Source of the DNA: Bacteroidia bacterium
GTDB lineage: Bacteria; Bacteroidota; Bacteroidia; Bacteroidales; VadinHA17
Direction of reading: 5' to 3'
DNA length: 11,507 bases
Assembly: GCA_026391215.1 (NCBI GenBank)
Contig: JAPLDX010000021.1
Coordinates: 1-11,507, forward strand
Translations under genes and position numbers: made by a program
Shown: positions 1-6,800 of the stretch, piece after piece
How positions within the stretch are numbered: position 1 is the stretch's first letter
Layout: every line of letters begins with the position of its first letter
The notes under the pieces: generated by a model
What the model was told of the DNA's origin: nothing
What the model saw: only the letters and a program-made list of their open reading frames with translations
Databases searched by the model: none

Positions 1-282
1 TGCTGAATCACATGTATTGATATCCAGCAAAGGCTTTTGCCGGCCGACCTTGCTTCTCCCGGATGATGATCCGGAACTCTTTTCCGCAGCAAGGGACACA
101 TAACTACTGATACTGTCCCTGACTTCAAGAGGTATCTCCTCCATGATCATATCCCGCCCGGGAATAATAAACTTTGTTCCCGCAGTTGAAAGTATCAGTA
201 TTAACAGGATAAATGATGACCTTCTTTCACGCCGGGAAAAGCCAAACCAGTTTTTGACCGGCTCAAATGATAAACGCTTCAT
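1..282 (-). CDS. ComEA-family helix-hairpin-helix DNA-binding protein (5' part; runs off the left edge)
   Basis: Manual translation from ATG at 282-280 is open to base 1: MKRLSFEPVKNWFGFSRRERRSSFILLILILSTAGTKFII...KPLLDINTCDSA. The 'F.FSR.ERR' + hydrophobic anchor N-terminus and 'LDINT.DS' (start of an HhH repeat) are typical of Bacteroidota ComEA-like proteins. Not in the supplied ORF track. Confidence 0.8.
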   Translation of the reverse strand, partial: MKRLSFEPVKNWFGFSRRERRSSFILLILILSTAGTKFIIPGRDMIMEEIPLEVRDSISSYVSLAAEKSSGSSSGRSKVGRQKPLLDINTCDSA

Positions 283-304
283 ATTACAATGCAGTGAGAC
301 TAAT

Positions 305-312
305 GCAATTTA
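305..312 (-). promoter_or_regulatory. Putative Bacteroidota sigma-A -7 element for the comEA-like gene
   Basis: TAAATTGC(A) on the minus strand 22 bp upstream of the ATG; a variant of the TAnnTTTG consensus. No clear -33 element. Confidence 0.4.
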
Positions 313-367
313 CGAATTCCATGAGAATTCCCGGAAGATATTTGGAAATATTTCTATTATCTGTTGA

Positions 368-2719
368 TCAGAACGGGTACCCGATCCCTATTACAAATGT
401 GAAATCATCGCCAAAGCTGTACGGTCTGTTCATAATGATCCATCTGGATCCATCGGCAATAGCCGGATCACGGAGCTTCATTCCCATATCAGCTCTGAGA
501 AGAACAAAGCTGAGGTCGAATCTGATTCCGGCACCAGTACCTACTGCAATTTCATTAAGAAAGCTGTTAATCCTGAATTGCGAACCAGGCGTTGCCGGGT
601 CATCATTGAATGACCAGATATTTCCCGCATCAAGGAACAGAGCCCCATTAAGAATCCAGAACAGTTTAAACCTGTATTCCGCATTCACCTCCAGCTTGAT
701 ATCGGCAGTCTGGTTCAGAAATCTTGCAGTATCAGGTATACTTGAGCCCGGGCCGAGTGTTCTTACCTGCCAGGCCCTTATACCGTTGGCCCCGCCGCCA
801 AAATATTGCTTTTCAAACGGGATTGCTTTTGAGTTGCCATATGGAATTCCGGCACCTATAAAACCACGGTATACTGCTGAACTCACATCATTAATGATCA
901 CATTATACCTCATATCCATATCTGCACGGATGTACTGTGCAAAAGTCTGACCAAGAATGTTATAGCTCCCGTCAGTTTTTTCAATCCCGGCAAGCCGGCT
1001 GACCATTCTAAGCATATTGCCTGTAGCTTCTGCATTTATCCTTACAAACCAGTAATCATTAGATTTCTTAATCTTCTGGTTGTTAAATATATAAGAGTAG
1101 CCTCCCCCGAGGATCATAACATCCCGGTAAGCAGCCTTCAGGTATGATGATGAGTCAATCCAGGCCTGCCAGTCCGGGTCAATCCGTAACAGGTCAACGA
1201 GGTTCAGCTGAACAGGATTTACAATATGTGACGTATAGTTTTTGCCATTCCAGGTATATCCGAACGTTGCATTTGCCATTGTTCTTGCATAGGTGGGCAT
1301 GTCCTGATAGTTATAGGCAGCAAGAAGGGTTGTTGTAGGATTATATTCTTTTACAAAGCGCTCCTTCTCAAGGAAAGGGAACAGGAATTTTGGGAACCTC
1401 AGGCTTGTTTCAATACCGTATTCCTGAACGCTGCGAAGTGTATCCTTCTGTGAAAGAGCTTCATATGAGCCTTTCAGCTTAAGATTGAACAACTCAGCCC
1501 CATGAAACAAATTTTTATGCTGATATATCAGGTTGAGTGCACCTCCCAGGTATCCTGCCGTATTTGTCCCTTCAAGTTCGACTTTATAGGATTGCTGACT
1601 GAGAAGCGTAAGCTGAATGGTACAATCCAGACTCAGCTCTGATGCGTAAGTAGTATTTGGATCAATAACCTCATTATAGAAAATATTCACCAGTCGGAAT
1701 GTCTTTAATGATAAGAGGTGCGATTGGGTCTGCTCTGTACTGGTTACATTGAATAATAATCCAGGTTTGAGATAAAGTGACTGTATTATCAGATCATTTT
1801 TTATTTCAGATTCTTCCTTTGATGTAATAAAATAGTATCCCCGGTAGTTAATAGTATCAAGGCTTTCAAGATATTCAGCACCTCCTTCAAGTGCATTTTT
1901 AGGAACAAAATCGGGATAAATATAAATATTTCTTACCCTGTACATTGAATGAGGAACTAGTGTGATCCTGTTATTTTCATCGACTTTCTGGAATTCTTTT
2001 ATCCCATAATGAATATCGACCTGCCTGTTTCCGATGGTGCTGTCAATATTGAAATAAATGTGATCTCCGGAGAAGCCATAAAAGCCCTTATCCTTAACAA
2101 ACCGCTCTAAACGTGAGCGTTCAGCCTGAAGAACATCAACATCATAAGGTTTGCCTCTTTCAATCATACAGTCTACTGAATCGAAATAGAAGAGCTCCCT
2201 GATTGATGTATCTGCCATTTCAAAGAACAGGTTACGTATAGTGTAAGGAGTTTTAAGGTCTACATTATAATATACTTTTGACTGACGGTTGGCTGTTTCT
2301 ATCGTCTCCATTACATTGCTGTCAAAATAGCCTTTTGACGATAAATAAGACTTGATCTGCCCTGCAGATTTTGTAACTGCATAAGGATCAAAGATTGCAG
2401 GCTCCTCTCCTATCTCTCTCAGCCATCCATGGGGCCACTTCTCCTTATTAATATTTGAAAGGTTATATAATCCCAGATGGAATTTTACTCCGAAGATCCG
2501 TTTATTCGGCCTCTGTTTCAAATATGGCATAAGTTCTGACTTTTCAACTCCATCCTTGCTTATTGTTACATGATTTTCATCAAGCAGTGTATCTTCGGCC
2601 GGAACATATTTTGTTGGATTACACGACGATATGAAAAAAACTATAAAAAGAAAAATGAGAGAATATCCCGGAGCAGAAATATTTTTATTTGCGGTATTTT
2701 TTTTCAAATTTTGTAGCAA
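368..2719 (-). CDS. tamL: Omp85/BamA-TamA family outer-membrane lipoprotein (TamL-like)
   Basis: 783 aa with a TTG start, a lipoprotein signal (FFISS-C-NPTKYV), POTRA-like segments (YLSSKGYFDS, FVKDKGFY, GEEPAIFD), barrel signatures HKNLFHGAE, YFGGGANGIRAW, ALFLDAGNIW and G.GIRFD, and C-terminal GIGYPF. Divergent from a TrmH gene. Confidence 0.88.
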   Translation of the reverse strand: MLQNLKKNTANKNISAPGYSLIFLFIVFFISSCNPTKYVPAEDTLLDENHVTISKDGVEKSELMPYLKQRPNKRIFGVKFHLGLYNLSNINKEKWPHGWLREIGEEPAIFDPYAVTKSAGQIKSYLSSKGYFDSNVMETIETANRQSKVYYNVDLKTPYTIRNLFFEMADTSIRELFYFDSVDCMIERGKPYDVDVLQAERSRLERFVKDKGFYGFSGDHIYFNIDSTIGNRQVDIHYGIKEFQKVDENNRITLVPHSMYRVRNIYIYPDFVPKNALEGGAEYLESLDTINYRGYYFITSKEESEIKNDLIIQSLYLKPGLLFNVTSTEQTQSHLLSLKTFRLVNIFYNEVIDPNTTYASELSLDCTIQLTLLSQQSYKVELEGTNTAGYLGGALNLIYQHKNLFHGAELFNLKLKGSYEALSQKDTLRSVQEYGIETSLRFPKFLFPFLEKERFVKEYNPTTTLLAAYNYQDMPTYARTMANATFGYTWNGKNYTSHIVNPVQLNLVDLLRIDPDWQAWIDSSSYLKAAYRDVMILGGGYSYIFNNQKIKKSNDYWFVRINAEATGNMLRMVSRLAGIEKTDGSYNILGQTFAQYIRADMDMRYNVIINDVSSAVYRGFIGAGIPYGNSKAIPFEKQYFGGGANGIRAWQVRTLGPGSSIPDTARFLNQTADIKLEVNAEYRFKLFWILNGALFLDAGNIWSFNDDPATPGSQFRINSFLNEIAVGTGAGIRFDLSFVLLRADMGMKLRDPAIADGSRWIIMNRPYSFGDDFTFVIGIGYPF

Positions 2720-2730
2720 AGAAAGTCACA

Positions 2731-2738
2731 CAAATATA
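2731..2738 (-). promoter_or_regulatory. Putative -7 promoter element for tamL
   Basis: Exact TAnnTTTG match (TATATTTG) 11 bp upstream of the TTG start; supports that start codon. Confidence 0.6.
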
Positions 2739-2779
2739 TCAATAATAATAAATAACCATCAGTATAAAACCTCCTTATT

Positions 2780-3559
2780 ATGGTCAGTAAAAGCAAGATG
2801 AACTTCATCATATCTCTACAGAAAAAAAAGGCAAGGGAAGAGGAAGGTCTTTATGTAATAGAGGGCGATAAGCTTGTAAAAGAATTCCTTGCGGCCGGTG
2901 TGCCGGTAAAGATCTTGATTGCCAAACCTGAATTTCTGAACTCACTTTCCTTGTTCCAGAAACAGGGAGTTGAAGAGATCATTCCGGCAAACTATGATGA
3001 CCTTAAAAAGATCAGCTCCCTGAAGACACCACATAATGCGCTGGCTGTGATTCGGATACCTGATATCAGGATAGATGCCGGCAATCTCAGGAAAGAATTA
3101 TCCGTAGCCCTGGACTGTGTTCAGGATCCAGGCAATCTTGGAACCATCATCAGGGCTGCTGCATGGTTTGGTATCAGGAATATCTATTGTTCAGAAGATT
3201 GTGTTGACGTTTATAATCCCAAGGTCATACAGTCAAGCATGGGAGCCATCCTGCATGTCAATGTTTTTTATACTGACCTGCAGAAACTCCTTGAATCTGC
3301 GTCCGGTGATAAGATCAGAATCTTCGGGGCTATGGTACAGGGAGAATCAATATATTCTTACCGGCTGAGCAATAACGGAATTATCCTTCTTGGGAACGAA
3401 TCGAAGGGAATTTCAGAGGAGCTCATACCTTATATCAGTGACAGGATAATGATTCCAAAACAAACTGACGCAAGTTCAGGAATCGATTCGCTTAATGTGA
3501 GTATGGCGGCATCAGTGATTCTTTCTGAATTTACGCGGGTAAAAGGACGACTTGGATGA
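2780..3559 (+). CDS. TrmH/SpoU family RNA 2'-O-methyltransferase (SPOUT)
   Basis: SpoU motifs LDCVQDPGNLGTIIRAA, ILLGNESKGIS and DSLNVSMAASVIL, plus the N-terminal substrate-binding region (KKAREEEGLYVIEGDKLVKE). Confidence 0.95.
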   Translation: MVSKSKMNFIISLQKKKAREEEGLYVIEGDKLVKEFLAAGVPVKILIAKPEFLNSLSLFQKQGVEEIIPANYDDLKKISSLKTPHNALAVIRIPDIRIDAGNLRKELSVALDCVQDPGNLGTIIRAAAWFGIRNIYCSEDCVDVYNPKVIQSSMGAILHVNVFYTDLQKLLESASGDKIRIFGAMVQGESIYSYRLSNNGIILLGNESKGISEELIPYISDRIMIPKQTDASSGIDSLNVSMAASVILSEFTRVKGRLG

Positions 3560-3595
3560 TCAGAATCATCTCAGGCATAATTGAATTTTTATGTT

Positions 3596-4042
3596 TTACT
3601 TTTTCAGATTCACTCTTACAGCCCATCCATATGAAGTAGGAGTTGAAATCCCTACATCCCTGATTTTATTATTAAAAGGCAGTAATATTGTCTCCGAACT
3701 TTTGCTGTTGATGCTGATGGCAAAATCCTTGTTATTGTCAAAATCAAAATCAATTGTATCAATAATCTCCGCCGGTATTTCACCCCGCCAGTCGATCTGA
3801 ACAAAGCCTTTCTGCCTTTCCCCGAATAATCCATCGAACACAGGCCTCCTGATGTCGATAGTGCAATTATCCATTACCAGGCTTTGTGCAACTTCGCCTC
3901 CTGTATAATTGGGGTTTATCTTCATGAAGGGAAGCATTGCCAGGGAAGAGGAAAAAGAATTAAGTCCCGGGAACAGTACTATAATAAGGATCAGGCAGAT
4001 GAAAGCCCATGCAATTCCTGCAATTATTTTTATCTTTTTCAT
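3596..4042 (-). CDS. Hypothetical protein with an N-terminal membrane anchor/signal and an exported beta-rich domain
   Basis: 148 aa; MKKIK + hydrophobic stretch; starts 11 bp after the stop of the polyferredoxin gene; acidic loop DFDFDNNKDF. Confidence 0.8.
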   Translation of the reverse strand: MKKIKIIAGIAWAFICLILIIVLFPGLNSFSSSLAMLPFMKINPNYTGGEVAQSLVMDNCTIDIRRPVFDGLFGERQKGFVQIDWRGEIPAEIIDTIDFDFDNNKDFAISINSKSSETILLPFNNKIRDVGISTPTSYGWAVRVNLKK

Positions 4043-4053
4043 TATAGAGCGGT

Positions 4054-5205
4054 TTAGAAGATTAAGTCAAGCAATCCACGAAAGGTATTCACTATGGAAC
4101 CCGAAGAAAAGACAGCCATGAACAAGAATGAAATGAACAGGAACAGGTTCCTGGAGAATTTCTTCATGGTGCCTGCAGGAACTCCCTTGATCCCGTAATG
4201 TATTGCATTCCTGGAACAGGCATCAATGCATTTTCCGCATTTGCTGCAAAAAACAGACACTTTGCCATTTCTTATTCCTTCCTGGGTCAGTGCAAATAAC
4301 GGACATGCTGCCACGCATTTAAAACATTCACTACAATTTGCTTTATCTATTTTTACAGTAAAAGGTGTGATTTTGTTCGATAATGTATTTATGGCTCCCA
4401 GGGGGCATAAAAAGCTGCACTGGGTTCTCTTCCTTGTCAGGAACGGAAGAATCACGACCAGCCCTGCAAATAAAGAAATAAATACGCCTGCCTTGGCGGC
4501 CGATGCAACTGAAGTAACCTCTTCAAATTCCGTTACAGCTTTAAAAGGGCATATCCAGTCACAGTAAGTCGGTCCCAATGATAATGCAGATGTCAAGGCA
4601 ACCATAAAGAGAACAGCGAACGGCATCCATTTCCATGAATCACTGATTTTTTTAATTACCGGTTTCTTCCTGATCCTGGAAAAACCATCATCCCAGCCTC
4701 CGTAAAAACACCCCCAGCTGCAGAAACCTCTTCCCAGTACCAGTGTAGCCACCAGCCACAGTACCACCATAGAGGCGATACCAGCAAAACTACCCAGGAT
4801 GGATCCAGGGAAAATAATTGATTTTGTAAATGCAGCCGGAAGGATCATCATAGGGATTACCAGGTGACAGAAAGGAATTTTACATTCAAGGATATCAGCC
4901 TGTGAAAATGACATTGAATTTCTCATTTCCAGCATATTGCTGATAAGCGTAAAAGAGAGTGATAAAGCAAAAATGATGAATAGTATTGCCCTGAATTTAT
5001 CCGTTTTTCCTGTATAATGCATTAGGAAATAGAGAACATTTACCAATATGAAAGTAATCATCATAGCCAATGCAGACGATGGATTAGAAAAATCCGGCCG
5101 TCCTCCTGATATGAACATGAATGTTATCAGTATCATCGGCAATGAATAGAGCAGGGACTTTCCAAAAGATTTCTTTAGGCTTGTGCCCGATAAGGTGTCA
5201 TCCAT
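4054..5205 (-). CDS. Integral-membrane 4Fe-4S binding protein (NapH/MauN/CcoG/YccM-type polyferredoxin)
   Basis: 383 aa, multiple TM helices. GRGFCSWGCFYGG, YCDWICPF and QCSFLCPLG (CxxxC(P) motifs) plus two ferredoxin motifs CSECFKCVAACP and CSKCGKCIDACS. Confidence 0.9.
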   Translation of the reverse strand: MDDTLSGTSLKKSFGKSLLYSLPMILITFMFISGGRPDFSNPSSALAMMITFILVNVLYFLMHYTGKTDKFRAILFIIFALSLSFTLISNMLEMRNSMSFSQADILECKIPFCHLVIPMMILPAAFTKSIIFPGSILGSFAGIASMVVLWLVATLVLGRGFCSWGCFYGGWDDGFSRIRKKPVIKKISDSWKWMPFAVLFMVALTSALSLGPTYCDWICPFKAVTEFEEVTSVASAAKAGVFISLFAGLVVILPFLTRKRTQCSFLCPLGAINTLSNKITPFTVKIDKANCSECFKCVAACPLFALTQEGIRNGKVSVFCSKCGKCIDACSRNAIHYGIKGVPAGTMKKFSRNLFLFISFLFMAVFSSGSIVNTFRGLLDLIF

Positions 5206-5821
5206 TTATTATTCCTCCTATTAAACTTGTTAGACCTTTAATTATAAATATTATCCCGGCAAGACCGGTAGCAAGAATTCCAATTGTCTCAAGAATTTTC
5301 TTCTTTTTTATTTTACCGGCAAGCGGTAACGGTAAAAACCAAAGTGATGACCCAATAAAGAATGCCAGGAAAGCTGTAAGGCTTCCGGCAAGCGATTCTT
5401 CTGATGCCCCTTTTGTAAGAACTAAATAGAGAGCAGGACAAAACCCAAGGCTGTTTACTACTCCAAGGAATATCGGAATCAGTTTACGGTTATTGACTGT
5501 TGTAACAAATTTTGCAGGGCAGTTTTTTTGCCGGTTTCTGTCAATTGCGTACCATATCAGCATCCCTGCAAAGACTATATATAAGATTCCCGGAACAACA
5601 CTTCTGACAACCTGATTCGTAAAAAATGCTCTTCCCAGATACCATGCTGCGACTGAGAGTAGAGCATAAACAAGCATGCGTGTCAGAAGGAAAACTGAAA
5701 GATCGATAGTAATTCTCTTTACACCTGAAGAGCCAGACATCAGGTAAGGGAACATTACCATCCCGCACGTCAGGAGACATGCAGATCCGGTGCTCAATCC
5801 AAGTATAAATGACTCTAACAT
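5198..5821 (-). CDS. DsbD_2 / sulfite exporter TauE-SafE-like (CcdA/UreH-like) membrane protein
   Basis: 207 aa, about 6 TM. N-terminal FILGLSTGSACLLTCG, 'FLLTRMLVYALL' (cf. GR..Y..LG), LGVVNSLGFCPAL and AFFIGS match the DsbD_2 pattern. Overlaps the next gene by 8 bp. Confidence 0.8.
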   Translation of the reverse strand: MLESFILGLSTGSACLLTCGMVMFPYLMSGSSGVKRITIDLSVFLLTRMLVYALLSVAAWYLGRAFFTNQVVRSVVPGILYIVFAGMLIWYAIDRNRQKNCPAKFVTTVNNRKLIPIFLGVVNSLGFCPALYLVLTKGASEESLAGSLTAFLAFFIGSSLWFLPLPLAGKIKKKKILETIGILATGLAGIIFIIKGLTSLIGGIING

Positions 5822-5837
5822 TCCTGTTCTTTTCCGG

Positions 5838-5869
5838 CAAATATATTCTGTTGATTATTACAGCGCAAT
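5838..5869 (-). promoter_or_regulatory. Putative sigma-A promoter of the DsbD_2-polyferredoxin operon
   Basis: TATATTTG (5845-5838, exact TAnnTTTG) 16 bp upstream of the ATG; degenerate -33 ATTG (5869-5866) with a 20-bp spacer. Confidence 0.65.
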
Positions 5870-5874
5870 ACAAA

Positions 5875-5944
5875 TGTGGCCACCTGATCAGGTTTGTGAC
5901 CAAAGGATTACGCGGTGGGATGAAATGCTATTTTATGGGGTGAA
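5875..5944 (-). promoter_or_regulatory. Four phased imperfect 9-bp direct repeats; putative LytTR operator
   Basis: Minus strand: TTCACCCCA (5944-5936), TTCATCCCA (5924-5916), TTGGTCACA (5903-5895), GTGGCCACA (5883-5875); spacers 11/12/11 bp; ends just upstream of the -33 position. Confidence 0.65.
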
Positions 5945-6773
5945 CGGTTTTTTCTACCCTTCTGCTGACCTCCTCAGCCCTTGACCTGGCAACAGGTATT
6001 TCCATATCTGCAACTGAAAGGCTGATCTTCATGTTCTGGTTTGGGCCGGTGACTTTATCCACAAAATCGAGATTTACAAGATAGCATTTATGGCACCGTA
6101 TAAACCTGTTGTTCTTCCTGAGCTCATATTCCGCCGATTTAAGTGTTCCCCGGATTGTAGTCTTATTGGTTATATTATTCTTGTTTGTAACAATTGTTAC
6201 ATAATTATCATTAGAGCACATATATATGATATGCCTTGGATTTACTCTAAAATCGTTTTTTGTATTTCCTGCGGTAATCACAACCTCCTCTTCCCATGTT
6301 ATATTTTCTTCCGGTATCGACGCTTCTCTCAAAGCATTCCTGTACATTTTGTTGTACACAATAAAATAACTTATGGTTATCGGAATACTGCCGACGAGAA
6401 TTCCCGTCCAGACTGAAAACAGAAAATATTTAAAAACAAAACCAATATTAAAAACAGCACTGATAAAAACGTAGTTTGCAGCACCAATACTTGCTGCTAT
6501 AAATAAATCCCATAAAATATTTTTGCCAAGAGTCCAGTTTCTATCTTTTATTACCCGGGCAATTAAAAAATTATATATAAGAAGGATAAAAGTGGTAATA
6601 AACCCAAAGCCAATTGACAGCAGAAACTGATGGATAGACTCTAACTGAGCCATTCCAAATGGTTTAAAAAGAAAAAGGAACAGGAATATAAATAATCCAA
6701 AAATCAGGATAGAGATGACCCTGTTCTTTATAGTTGCAACTTCCTTATATGGCTGTCTGAATGGATTAAGCAT
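5928..6773 (-). CDS. Membrane-anchored LytTR-family transcriptional regulator (no receiver domain)
   Basis: 281 aa; four N-terminal hydrophobic segments followed by a LytTR domain (IIYMCSNDNYVTI, IRGTLKSAE, FIRCHKCYLVNLDFV, IPVARSR). Confidence 0.92.
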   Translation of the reverse strand: MLNPFRQPYKEVATIKNRVISILIFGLFIFLFLFLFKPFGMAQLESIHQFLLSIGFGFITTFILLIYNFLIARVIKDRNWTLGKNILWDLFIAASIGAANYVFISAVFNIGFVFKYFLFSVWTGILVGSIPITISYFIVYNKMYRNALREASIPEENITWEEEVVITAGNTKNDFRVNPRHIIYMCSNDNYVTIVTNKNNITNKTTIRGTLKSAEYELRKNNRFIRCHKCYLVNLDFVDKVTGPNQNMKISLSVADMEIPVARSRAEEVSRRVEKTVHPIK

Positions 6774-6800
6774 TACAGGAATTTATCAGAACAAATCTAT

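Noticed and set aside
313-354. Repeated GAATTCC and inverted repeat ATATTT-GG-AAATAT upstream of the comEA-like gene
   Set aside because: Short and AT-rich; expected by chance without comparative support.
143-1338. Plus-strand ORFs 143-367, 267-950 (227 aa) and 1144-1338
   Set aside because: Antisense shadows of the comEA-like gene and tamL; no recognisable motifs.
3554-3593. Hairpins GATGAT-CAGA-ATCATC and CATAA...TTATG between the convergent genes as a bidirectional terminator
   Set aside because: Stems are only 5-6 bp and AT-rich; too weak to call.
6361-6720. Low-GC stretch in the lytTR gene as a sign of horizontal transfer
   Set aside because: Explained by Phe/Ile/Leu-rich transmembrane coding; flanking module genes look compositionally ordinary.
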